DNA from: Candidatus Poribacteria bacterium
GTDB taxonomy: Bacteria > Poribacteria > WGA-4E > PCPOR2b
Assembly: GCA_965208675.1 (NCBI GenBank)
Contig: OZ242351.1
Coordinates: 4,416,001-4,480,000, forward strand
Reading direction: 5' to 3'
DNA: 64,000 nucleotides
Positions 7,703 to 16,712 of this stretch are shown here, in pieces. The position numbers were made by a program, and so were the translations under genes. The notes beneath the pieces are model-generated. The model had not been told where the DNA came from. It worked only from the letters and a program-made list of their open reading frames with translations, and searched no databases. The first letter of the stretch is position 1. Every line of letters starts with the position of its first letter.

Positions 7703-8785
7703 CTATTCCGGCTGTGCCGTCAGGTGGATGTTTCCGTTTGAACTGCGCAGCTTGACCGCTGTATCTCCGCCTTCGCCAATTTGGCCTTCAAGCCGATTGT
7801 ATTTTTTCTCGGTATGAGAGATTGGCAAATCGGATTTTACATTGCCATTACTAGTTTTGGCGTTCAATTGTCCGGCGAAATCTGCGGGAAGAGTCAAATG
7901 AATTGAACCGTTTGTCGTCTGTGCGTCGATTGGGGCGCCGCCGGCGGCAATCGTTACGTCAATCGACCCGTTGGTCGTCGAGAACTCCGCAGCGTCCGCG
8001 ATTTGCCCGATGGATGTCTCAATATTGCCGTTGGTGGTGTCGATGTCAATGGGACCGTTATCGCCTTGTACCTTTATTGTGCCGTTGACGGTTTTTGCGG
8101 CGATGGCGCCCTCGATTCCGCTGACTCGAATGGCACTGTTTACGGCGGCGAGATTAACGCCCATTTGGTGAGGGGTTTGAATTTCATAACTGACCGTCAC
8201 ATTGACGCCCTTTGGCGGATTGGGAAAGTCTCTGTAAATGCGAATTTCGCCGTCGTGCAGTTCGGCGTGGACTTGGACGTTTTGGGCAAACTCATCGGCT
8301 TCTTCAGCACTGGGTGCACGTACTTCTTTTAGGGCGGTGACAGCGACGTGATTGACGTCGGCGCCGTCAAGCGAAATTGAACCGTTTACGGTTTGCGCGG
8401 CGACGGTTGCAACGTCGGCACTATCAAACTGCCACTGAATTCTTTCTTCGAACTTTCGTTTGCCGCTGGTTTTCTCAATCGCATTGATTGCGTCTGAGAC
8501 TGACGTTTTCACCTGATCCACAACATCGCCGACAGCGCCGCCTACGACCTTCCCGACATCAGCCGTTCGATGCACGGATTCAACGGCTTTATTGACGCCT
8601 TGCTTAATCTCATGCCTAATCTCCTGAAATATTTCTGCGACCTCCTTGGATTTGCGGTGTTTTGCACTATGTTGAACGTCCGCTTTGGACGTATCGCTGA
8701 TGGTGCGGATGAGCATGTCCGCTTCGTCCGCGTTGATTGTGCCTTCTTCGAGCATTCTGAGAATTTCGCGCCTTTCATCGCTCAT
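7703..8785 (-). CDS. LiaX/YvlB-like protein: N-terminal SHOCT-like domain plus DUF4097 (toastrack) beta-repeat
   Basis: N-terminus ERREILRMLEEGTINADEADMLI; repeated T[VTS]NG.I units. Confidence 0.85.
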   Translation of the reverse strand: MSDERREILRMLEEGTINADEADMLIRTISDTSKADVQHSAKHRKSKEVAEIFQEIRHEIKQGVNKAVESVHRTADVGKVVGGAVGDVVDQVKTSVSDAINAIEKTSGKRKFEERIQWQFDSADVATVAAQTVNGSISLDGADVNHVAVTALKEVRAPSAEEADEFAQNVQVHAELHDGEIRIYRDFPNPPKGVNVTVSYEIQTPHQMGVNLAAVNSAIRVSGIEGAIAAKTVNGTIKVQGDNGPIDIDTTNGNIETSIGQIADAAEFSTTNGSIDVTIAAGGAPIDAQTTNGSIHLTLPADFAGQLNAKTSNGNVKSDLPISHTEKKYNRLEGQIGEGGDTAVKLRSSNGNIHLTAQPE

Positions 8786-8842
8786 GATTTTCCTCCCTAC
8801 TTAATCTAGGTGCCACTATTTTAACGACAGTCGAGTTAATGA

Positions 8843-9121
8843 TTACTCAGATTCTTTTCCAGGCTCTTGGTTTAGCACTGGATTCATCCGTTTCGACGTG
8901 CGTTCGGTATTGTAGTAATGGATATAGATATCCGTCACGTATTCCTGTATTTTCACAACGTGCTCTTTGAGTGCGCGGAGATCTGAATGGATTCGGACCA
9001 ACTCTTGATTTTGTTCTACGTGTTTACTGCCTGGACCGTATTTGAATTTTACAAATCTGCAACCCATAATTCCAATCGAAACGGCAAATATCACCAATGC
9101 GATTCCGTACAATTCACCCAT
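8843..9121 (-). CDS. Small single-TM coiled-coil protein
   Basis: N-terminal hydrophobic helix then heptad pattern; AGGAG RBS; operon position. Confidence 0.65.
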   Translation of the reverse strand: MGELYGIALVIFAVSIGIMGCRFVKFKYGPGSKHVEQNQELVRIHSDLRALKEHVVKIQEYVTDIYIHYYNTERTSKRMNPVLNQEPGKESE

Positions 9122-9228
9122 AGTCGTAACTCCTTTTTGATGTATTTGAATGTATCGGTAATGGAGAAAAACACAAGAATAACTACGATTTGCGGGAACG
9201 AGCCGCTAAGACCGAGAGTTGCTGCGTG

Positions 9229-9516
9229 CTAACGGTGAAAGAGCTGTTTGCACTCGCGGGCCGTTTCCCGGAAGTTTCGGTTGAGAATTCGCTTTTGTCC
9301 ACGCAGTAGCCGCTTTAAGTTCTTGAGACTGTCCCCTTTGGTGGCTTCTAGGCGCTTATGCATGGACTCGGTGAAGGCATTCAGAGCATCTCGGACCGGG
9401 AGTTGAGGCAGCCGCGCACGTGGGCCTTTGAGCGCTTGTAACAGCGGCTCCGCCGCTTTCACTGTGATTTTTACCTCAGATACCATTTTGAGGATTGCCG
9501 CATTTTGCTTTTTCAT
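9229..9516 (-). CDS. Small SHOCT-like domain protein
   Basis: AILKMVSEVKITVKAAEPLLQAL resembles the SHOCT-like motif; AAGGAG RBS. Confidence 0.65.
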   Translation of the reverse strand: MKKQNAAILKMVSEVKITVKAAEPLLQALKGPRARLPQLPVRDALNAFTESMHKRLEATKGDSLKNLKRLLRGQKRILNRNFRETARECKQLFHR

Positions 9517-9527
9517 GATTGTCTCCT

Positions 9528-9917
9528 TTAGGTTATGTTAAGTTGGTGAATGAGTTCTGCGGCTTCCGCCGCTGAAATTTCGCCTGCATCGAGCCGCTTT
9601 AGGATTGCGCGTCGTTGTTCAGGAATGTCATCAGTCTGCTGCGCGCCGACCTCAAAGCCGAGTTCGGCGATGACCGCGTTCAGACGGCTTCGGACGGTCG
9701 GATAGGAGATTCCGAGTTCGCGTTCCATCTCTTTGACATTGCCGCGATTCCTGACGAAGTTTTCCAAAAACTCGAGGCTTTCCTTTGACAGCCGGCAGAA
9801 ACGGCAGGTTTCATACTGGCTTTCGATTTTAGTATCGCAGGTGAAGCATTGCAACTGTGTGATTGTTAATTCTCCACTGCACGTTGGACATTTTTCCAAT
9901 ATCTTTCGCAAGGTCAA
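9528..9917 (-). CDS. DUF2089 family protein (Zn ribbon, HTH, C-terminal SHOCT-like helix pair)
   Basis: CPTC...C..C; RGNVKEMERELGISYPTVRSRL; ILKRLDAGEISAAEA. Confidence 0.9.
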   Translation of the reverse strand: MTLRKILEKCPTCSGELTITQLQCFTCDTKIESQYETCRFCRLSKESLEFLENFVRNRGNVKEMERELGISYPTVRSRLNAVIAELGFEVGAQQTDDIPEQRRAILKRLDAGEISAAEAAELIHQLNIT

Positions 9918-9968
9918 TCCCCATTTCAGATTGGTGTGATTTTAGAATTAATGAATTAAGGTGATTAA

Positions 9969-9997
9969 AATATACCACAGTTATAAAAAAATGTCAA
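9969..9997 (-). promoter_or_regulatory. sigma70-type promoter of the DUF2089 operon
   Basis: TTGACA-N17-TATATT with extended -10 TG on the minus strand. Confidence 0.7.
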
Positions 9998-10081
9998 GAA
10001 AAAATACAATATTTCGTGAAAACCGGTACAAATTTTAAAAATATGAGAAATAGAACATTTAAACAATAAACACATTGAAAC

Positions 10082-10118
10082 AAAAAAAGCCATGAGTCTT
10101 TTGCAGCGACTCATGGCT
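10082..10118 (-). terminator. Rho-independent terminator downstream of ureG
   Basis: AGCCATGAGTC-N9-GACTCATGGCT hairpin with a T-run on the minus strand. Confidence 0.85.
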
Positions 10119-10197
10119 CGGTTTTCATATCCTCGGAAAAGTTGGTGCTACCTCAAGCAACTAATTATTGCGTCGTAAACTAACAAACGTACCATTT

Positions 10198-10815
10198 TTA
10201 ATTGGGGGATATTTCTTCAAAAAGCAACTCCTGTTGAATCCATGTGATTATAGATTCCACGCGCATCCCGCGCCGCAGGTCTGTGAATACAAACGGTTTT
10301 TCGCCGCGCATACGTTTAGTGTCGCGTTCCATTATGCCGAGGTCGGCTCCGACGTGGGGCGCGAGATCGATTTTGTTGATGACGAGCAGATCGGAGCGGG
10401 TAATGCCTGGACCGCCTTTGCGGGGAATTTTGTCGCCGCCGGCGACGTCAATTACGTATATGGCGGCATCGACTAGCTCCGGACTAAAAAATGCCGCTAA
10501 ATTATCGCCGCCGCTTTCCAAGAACAAGATATCCAAATCGGGAAAGCGTTCAATCATCTGCTCAAGGGCTTCTAGGTTGCTGGAGATGTCCTCTCGAATA
10601 GCGGTGTGCGGGCAGCCGCCGGTCTCAACACCGAGGATTCGATTGGCGGGAAGCGCTTCGGCGCGGAGTAGAATCTCCGCATCTTCGCGCGTATAAATGT
10701 CGTTGGTGATGGCGGCGAGTTCATAGTCACGGCGCATTGCCTTGCACAAGCGTTCGATTAGCGCAGTTTTACCGGAGCCTACTGGACCGCCAATCCCGAT
10801 TTTCAAGAGTTTCAT
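10198..10815 (-). CDS. ureG: Urease accessory GTPase UreG
   Basis: [27 protein letters not shown]. Confidence 0.97.
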   Translation of the reverse strand: MKLLKIGIGGPVGSGKTALIERLCKAMRRDYELAAITNDIYTREDAEILLRAEALPANRILGVETGGCPHTAIREDISSNLEALEQMIERFPDLDILFLESGGDNLAAFFSPELVDAAIYVIDVAGGDKIPRKGGPGITRSDLLVINKIDLAPHVGADLGIMERDTKRMRGEKPFVFTDLRRGMRVESIITWIQQELLFEEISPN

Positions 10816-10894
10816 GGCTGAAAATCCTTTCTCGATAAGGCAAAGATTTCGCCGTACGTATGCGAATGCCGTTATGTAACCCGATATTAACGGT

Positions 10895-11644
10895 TTAGGA
10901 GATGAAAAGCCTTGAATAGAGCCGTTCGTGCTGCATGCTCCGAATGTCTAGCCCCGGCGTAAAAGCCGCGAAATCGTCGAAGTTTGCGTTTTGAGCGAAT
11001 TCTGCAATTTCCGGGAGATGGGGATGGAGCGCGTGGATAGTCAGTAGTCCATCGGTCGCGCCGAGCGGGATAAGCCGCACGGCTGCGGAGACATGACCAA
11101 CGACGTAGGCGTGTAGAAAACCGAGCAATGCAATTGGCAATTCAATTGAAGCTGCGGCGGCAACCAATCCGAACGCTATTGCATGGTGACCGGCGCAATC
11201 CTTAGAGCGTATTCGCTTCTCGTAAGCGTCCAGCGTTGCGTGCGGCACAAGTTGCCGTGCGTTTCTAAGAAACTGTTTTCCAATGTGTACACTGCCGTTC
11301 CGAGATTCACGCGGCAGCTTGAGCGCGGTGAGACGCATGTCTAAGTCGGCGATTCGGCTGATGCTAGCGTCGGGCGCATTCGCGTAGGTTTGAGCAGATT
11401 TGTACGCCAACGCCAGCGCAATGGCATCAGTGTTCCGTATCCCTTCCAGTAAGGCGTTCCGCAATAATTCCTCACAGGAGGGCTGATCCGCAACCAATCC
11501 GATTTGAACGTAGGTTTCTAGCCCATAGGAGTGCGCGAATGCACCCGTCGGGAAGAAGCTATCTACAAGTTGAAGCAGTGTGAGCAGCGCACTATGGTTG
11601 TGATTATTGGTTTGCATTTGGTGCGGCTTCTGCGGTAAAGTCAT
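10895..11644 (-). CDS. ureF: Urease accessory protein UreF
   Basis: [16 protein letters not shown]; C-terminal [11 protein letters not shown]. Confidence 0.95.
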   Translation of the reverse strand: MTLPQKPHQMQTNNHNHSALLTLLQLVDSFFPTGAFAHSYGLETYVQIGLVADQPSCEELLRNALLEGIRNTDAIALALAYKSAQTYANAPDASISRIADLDMRLTALKLPRESRNGSVHIGKQFLRNARQLVPHATLDAYEKRIRSKDCAGHHAIAFGLVAAAASIELPIALLGFLHAYVVGHVSAAVRLIPLGATDGLLTIHALHPHLPEIAEFAQNANFDDFAAFTPGLDIRSMQHERLYSRLFIS

Positions 11645-11656
11645 GGTACAGTATTC

Positions 11657-12088
11657 TTAATGGCAACGCGCAGCGGCGTGAGTGAATACCAGTTCTTCAA
11701 TCGAATATTGGAATCCGAGCCGATCCAGTTGATTTTCCAAAACCGGTTCGTATGGAATGAGTATTGCGCCCCCGTGAAATCCTATGGGACGATGGAGGTT
11801 GCCGATCTGATAGCACGCTATGCCAAACGCCCTGCTGGTCTGTGGACGTAAAACGAGTACCGTTTCCGGTATGCCTTCAACGACAATTTCAAATTGTCCA
11901 TTGCGATAGAGGACATCGCCCGGATGCAGGATTGTCCCCGTGGGGAGCGCCAAGCCGATTTCCCGCCCTTCCGTGGTCGTCACACGCTTCCTGCATTTGC
12001 GGCGCCCTTCCCAAGTCAGCCGCACAGCGTCTTTCGCCAAGACTTTATCATCTAACTCTTCCGAAATGATGTTCTCTACGATTATCAT
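11657..12088 (-). CDS. ureE: Urease accessory nickel chaperone UreE
   Basis: RVTTTEGREIGLAL...LHPGDVL; YQIGNLH metal motif; no His-rich tail. Confidence 0.9.
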   Translation of the reverse strand: MIIVENIISEELDDKVLAKDAVRLTWEGRRKCRKRVTTTEGREIGLALPTGTILHPGDVLYRNGQFEIVVEGIPETVLVLRPQTSRAFGIACYQIGNLHRPIGFHGGAILIPYEPVLENQLDRLGFQYSIEELVFTHAAARCH

Positions 12089-12288
12089 CTGATGTTTCTC
12101 GTTGCCCGCCGCGGCATGCGACAGTTTAGACGCATGACGAAATACAGTGAAATCCGAATCCTGATTGCCTTTACATCGCCGCGTGGGATATCGTATACTT
12201 TAACAGATAGTCCCAACTCGCGCAACGCCAAATTCATGCGTGTATGCCCACATAAAGCCCATGAATCTACTCATGACCGGAGGATAAC

Positions 12289-12678
12289 ATGGAAACAAAA
12301 GCAGTCTTCAAAAGCGTTAGTCCTTATTTGGACGATGAGATGAATTTACCCGTCGAGAATGTGGATGAGGCAATACCGTTCTATGAGACGATCATGGGGT
12401 TCGAGGTCATATCCAAAAGTGAAACTCCTCATGAGTCGGTTGTATTATCTAGAGACAGAATTCAGATAGGATTGGCTGAGAACGGCGGGGATCCGTCGCA
12501 AGACGGGTGCTTCTTTGAAGTGGATAATGCCGAAGCGGCTTTTAATGAGTTGAAAACGAACGGCTTCGACAAGGAGGATCCGGAGTATCGGGTAGACAAG
12601 CACGGTGCCAAATCGTTCAAGTTGTTCTTTGTGATTGCTCCGGATGGGCTCTGTTACTGTATCGGGGAGCAGGTGTGA
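12289..12678 (+). CDS. VOC/glyoxalase/bleomycin-resistance family protein
   Basis: LPVENVDEAIPFYETIMGF...FEVDNAE...FFVIAPDG. Confidence 0.85.
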   Translation: METKAVFKSVSPYLDDEMNLPVENVDEAIPFYETIMGFEVISKSETPHESVVLSRDRIQIGLAENGGDPSQDGCFFEVDNAEAAFNELKTNGFDKEDPEYRVDKHGAKSFKLFFVIAPDGLCYCIGEQV

Positions 12679-12713
12679 TACGGTTAGGCGGCAGATCGGG
12701 ACTGAAAGTCAAA

Positions 12714-12765
12714 ACTATCGCCTTCCCTAATCAGTCAGTTTATCCTCCTTGGCAAGGGGGAGGAT
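12714..12765. repeat. Degenerate copy of the ACTATCGCCTTCGCTA motif joined to a family A hairpin
   Basis: Same motif order as 668-732. Confidence 0.6.
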
Positions 12766-12811
12766 TCACTGCGCAATCCGTTCTGGTTGAACTCCGCGTT
12801 TCTGGCGGCGA

Positions 12812-12840
12812 TTGACAATTATTATGCAATCTGATATAAT
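12812..12840 (+). promoter_or_regulatory. Consensus sigma70 promoter
   Basis: TTGACA-N17-TATAAT with extended -10 TG. Confidence 0.85.
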
Positions 12841-12882
12841 CTGAAAATATAATGTAATTTTTAATCTGGCAAATTTGAGAAT

Positions 12883-13911
12883 ATGGAGTGTGTCATGGCA
12901 AGACTCCTTCCCACTGAACTAGTGGGCAGCTATGCGCTCCCGAGTTGGCTGCATATTGCAATAGAGCGTATAGAGCACCAAGGCGATCTTGGGGAAACTG
13001 ATATTAACGAGACACTGGACGATTCGGTGAGTCTCGCCGTGTTAGACCAGGAGCGCGCCGGGTTGGATGTAATCACGGATGGCGAGATGCGGCGTCGGGA
13101 CTTTATTCAAAATTTTTACGGCCTCATGACAGGCTTGAAGGAAATCGCGCCTGCCCGGCGCTTCGGGGCGGCGGGATACGATCAGAACCCGCGATATGAG
13201 GTGAATGGCGAAGTCACGGCGCCTAATGGGCTGGGCATTTTGCCGGAGGTTGAGTATCTCAGGCGCATTACTTCCAAGCCGATTAAAGTTTGTGTTCCCG
13301 GTCCTATGACGCTCGCGCTGCCCTTGATTATTAAGGGGGGCGTTACGTCCAAGGAAAGTTTGATTGAAGCCATGGTGACTATCATCAATACGGAGATGAA
13401 GGCGTTGGTTGCAGCCGGGGTTGAAAATCTGCAAGTTGACGAGCCGCGCTACGCAACTTCTCAAAAAGATGCGCAGCGGTTGGTAGAGCTTTTTAATGCG
13501 ACCCGCGAGGGTGTTTCCGCGCGAGTTGGACTGCACCTCTGCTTTGGGAATTTCAAGGGTAGATCCCGCGATCGGCGTGACTACGCTGCCCTGTTTCCTG
13601 CGTTGCTAGAGGCGCGTTGCGACCAGTTTAATCTTGAATTCGCCAACCGGGAGTTTGCACAAATCGAGTTGCTGTCCCACTTCCGTTCCGACCAACAGAT
13701 TGGCATAGGCGTAATCGACATCAAATCGTACTTCGTGGAGACCCCTGACGAAGTGGCTGCGTCGATACGTACCGCATTAGAACACACCGCCGCGGAGAAT
13801 CTTGTCATCATCCCGGACTGCGGCTTCAACCATTGCCCTCGCCACATTGCCTATCGCAAAATTCAAGCGATGGTGAAAGGGGCAGCAATCGTACGGCAGG
13901 AATTGGGTTGA
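12883..13911 (+). CDS. Cobalamin-independent methionine synthase II family protein (single catalytic domain)
   Basis: QERAGLDVITDGEMRR; Zn ligands HLC, E (NLEFA) and PDCG. Confidence 0.88.
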   Translation: MECVMARLLPTELVGSYALPSWLHIAIERIEHQGDLGETDINETLDDSVSLAVLDQERAGLDVITDGEMRRRDFIQNFYGLMTGLKEIAPARRFGAAGYDQNPRYEVNGEVTAPNGLGILPEVEYLRRITSKPIKVCVPGPMTLALPLIIKGGVTSKESLIEAMVTIINTEMKALVAAGVENLQVDEPRYATSQKDAQRLVELFNATREGVSARVGLHLCFGNFKGRSRDRRDYAALFPALLEARCDQFNLEFANREFAQIELLSHFRSDQQIGIGVIDIKSYFVETPDEVAASIRTALEHTAAENLVIIPDCGFNHCPRHIAYRKIQAMVKGAAIVRQELG

Positions 13912-14034
13912 GCACGCGAAATTAGGAAACACCGATTTAAACCTCCATAGTAAGCCGTAAGCCAGGCTCATTGGAAATCCCGTTATCCTTGAAGCAGCAA
14001 GCGTTAAATTCTTGAATCTCTGACAGAGGAATTC

Positions 14035-15984
14035 ATGGTAAACCCGTTTCGATTAAGGCGATTGGCCATTGTGGTACTGTTGGTTTCATGCACAGCCGGG
14101 GCTTACAGCCAGGAGTACGCCTCAATTTACCTGAAGAGCGGAGACCGCATTACAGGACGCTGGCTGGGCGCAAATGACCAATCCGCTCGGCTTATTTTTC
14201 AAGCCCAAGAGTTATCCATCCCGCTTAACGACGTGAACTCTATTCGGTTTGGGGACGATCTCCGCCTCATCCCAGATGAGGTTGCCGAAAAACACTTCAG
14301 CAATGGTCAGGCTTTATTGGATTTAGGGCTGCGCGAAGAGGCGAAACAGAAGTTTCGAGCGGCGATTGAGGCGTTTCCGAGATTTGCCGATGCGCACTAT
14401 AAGCTCGGTATGCTTCTACAGGAAGACGGAGAAATCGATGAAGCCGTGAAATATTTCGGTTTTGTCGCAAAGATAAATCCCGATGCTTACAACTTGGCGA
14501 TGCAGCTAAAGGGTGCGGGCGATGCTTATCTTAAAACTGAAGCATATCGTAAGGCGAGCCGAGCGTATCTGTTGATTTTCAACCATTATCCGAGCCACAG
14601 CGATGGTGAATATGCGGGATATACGGCAGGATTTCTATTGGCAGAGAAGCTAGAATCCTATAAAGAAGCCTTGCACGTGCTACAGGAGGCGAAGAATCGT
14701 TATCCGGTTAGCCTTTACATGGAAAAGACAGATTACCTAATTGGGGTGCTGCACGCCAAGTTGAACCGATACGAAACGGCGATTGCCACACTAACCGAAT
14801 TCATTAGTAATTATGGAGAGAGCGAATGGCTTGATGACGCCTATCTGGCGCGGGGTGAGTCTTACCTGCTATTGAGGCAAAATCGCGCAGCCATTGCGGA
14901 CTTCGACCATGCGATTGAAATCGCACAGAATGGGAAACTTCGGCGAGATGCTCGGAAGCGGCGCGATGCGTGCGTATGGACGGTTTACAGGATTTCGGAT
15001 GGACTGCCGAGCAATCAGATTCAGGCGCTTGAAGTTGACGGAAATACATTGTGGATCGGTACGCCGAAAGGGGTGGCTCGCGCCGATGTCAGCACCAATG
15101 CGGGTGGGTGGCAGTTGATTTCGGAGAGAGTCGATAAAATCAACGACTTGTTCGATGAAGCCATCAACGTTCGGGCGATCGCGGCTGATGACGCGGACGT
15201 GTGGATTGGGACGTTGAATCACGGTGTGATTCGATACGATTTGTACAAAATATATCCAGAAATCTACGACGAAAGCACTGAAATTCCGCATAATCAGGTG
15301 AACGACATCAATATCCTCAAGGATGAGGTGTGGATTGCGACTTTCTCAGGTGTAGCGCGTTTCAATCGAACCAGCGGTGGGTGGGTGTTTTTCAATAAAA
15401 AAAATGACGGATTACCCGCGGATGATGTCACCGCCCTAGCGGCAACGCCGAAAGCTGTTTGGATAGGGACCTCTGGGCACGGTATCGCAAAATACAACCG
15501 GGGAATCAATTTCTGGCAGAGTATTGGGTCGAGTGATGGGCTGAATCTCAGTCAGGGGAGTACAATAACCAGCTTTGATGTGTGGCGAGATCGTCCTTTC
15601 GCCACGTGGTACAATGATGAGAACAACGGCTACGTCGAGATAGACCCGCAGGGATCGAACAGTTCTGTACAACCGGTGGATTCTGTAGGAGATTTGGTAT
15701 CGCTTCGAGATATCTACATTGCCGTGGGGGAAATTTCGGGCGAGAACACTGGGGAAATGAACAGACAGCCGCCGCTGTGGATTGCAAAGAATGATGTAGT
15801 GTACTTAAAAAGTGCGGGTAATTGGGAATGGTTTGAATATCCTGCCATTCAGCTTGGAGATCCGATTGTGAATTGCATTGCGGTCGGCGACGGCGTTGTC
15901 TGGATTGGTACATCTAACGGACTTGCCAAGCTGGACAGAAACAACCCCGTCATGGACAGGCAAATTCAGAACGAAGAAGAATAG
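14035..15984 (+). CDS. Secreted protein: small N-terminal beta domain, TPR repeats, C-terminal beta-propeller
   Basis: Signal peptide; TPR motifs (AHYKLG, AYLARG); DGLP...WIGT propeller repeats. Confidence 0.85.
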   Translation: MVNPFRLRRLAIVVLLVSCTAGAYSQEYASIYLKSGDRITGRWLGANDQSARLIFQAQELSIPLNDVNSIRFGDDLRLIPDEVAEKHFSNGQALLDLGLREEAKQKFRAAIEAFPRFADAHYKLGMLLQEDGEIDEAVKYFGFVAKINPDAYNLAMQLKGAGDAYLKTEAYRKASRAYLLIFNHYPSHSDGEYAGYTAGFLLAEKLESYKEALHVLQEAKNRYPVSLYMEKTDYLIGVLHAKLNRYETAIATLTEFISNYGESEWLDDAYLARGESYLLLRQNRAAIADFDHAIEIAQNGKLRRDARKRRDACVWTVYRISDGLPSNQIQALEVDGNTLWIGTPKGVARADVSTNAGGWQLISERVDKINDLFDEAINVRAIAADDADVWIGTLNHGVIRYDLYKIYPEIYDESTEIPHNQVNDINILKDEVWIATFSGVARFNRTSGGWVFFNKKNDGLPADDVTALAATPKAVWIGTSGHGIAKYNRGINFWQSIGSSDGLNLSQGSTITSFDVWRDRPFATWYNDENNGYVEIDPQGSNSSVQPVDSVGDLVSLRDIYIAVGEISGENTGEMNRQPPLWIAKNDVVYLKSAGNWEWFEYPAIQLGDPIVNCIAVGDGVVWIGTSNGLAKLDRNNPVMDRQIQNEEE

Positions 15985-16066
15985 ACGTGCTCGAAAAACG
16001 AGTTGATTATCCCAACCTGAGACTCTTCTAGTCTGGATGGGTTGAACGTGACAATGACTCACGAGG

Positions 16067-16666
16067 TTGAAAATGTACGGTAGACGGTCCGGATTCTGCT
16101 TTGTTTTAGTGATGTGTATCGGGTTGCCGGGTTGCGTTTGGCTGTCAGCCTTGTCAACCCAGTGGAGCGAGAATTTTGCGCTCAAAAGTTTTGGTACGGA
16201 GGCAAACCATCCGTCCATCAATGATGGAAAACTCGACACGGTAGCGTCGGTAGGCGGCAGCAACAAACCGCGAATCTTTATGCTTAAATTTCCCGAAGCT
16301 AAGAAAGTGCGAAGAATTGTTATCCACAATGAAAATCTGTTTTGGTTTCATGTGGACTATTTAGATATGAAGACTTCAGAATGGGAAACGTGCTACTCGA
16401 TGCGCCAACGGAGGAATATTGGTACTGGACGAACACAAACGCAATATCTCGTCGATCGGTTGAATGTCGAAACAAACATGATTCGGATTGATGTGTCCCG
16501 CACAGTCGATGATGATATTGTTCCGAAACCGATCGCGGAACCGGGGGACAAGGTAGTGAATAGAAAGCTGACGGTGGGACGGCTCTATATTCCCCATTAC
16601 CGCGTTATCGACCAGGCGCCCGCGAAAATTCGAGAAGTCGAAGTGTATCAGCTTGCAGAGCGGTGA
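16067..16666 (+). CDS. Putative lipoprotein with a discoidin/F5-8-like domain
   Basis: LPGC lipobox-like motif; NFAL...INDG...IREVEVY pattern. Confidence 0.6.
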   Translation: MKMYGRRSGFCFVLVMCIGLPGCVWLSALSTQWSENFALKSFGTEANHPSINDGKLDTVASVGGSNKPRIFMLKFPEAKKVRRIVIHNENLFWFHVDYLDMKTSEWETCYSMRQRRNIGTGRTQTQYLVDRLNVETNMIRIDVSRTVDDDIVPKPIAEPGDKVVNRKLTVGRLYIPHYRVIDQAPAKIREVEVYQLAER

Positions 16667-16712
16667 CGAATATTGGCGGAGCCGCGCAGGGATTCCAAAT
16701 TGATTCGGCTGG

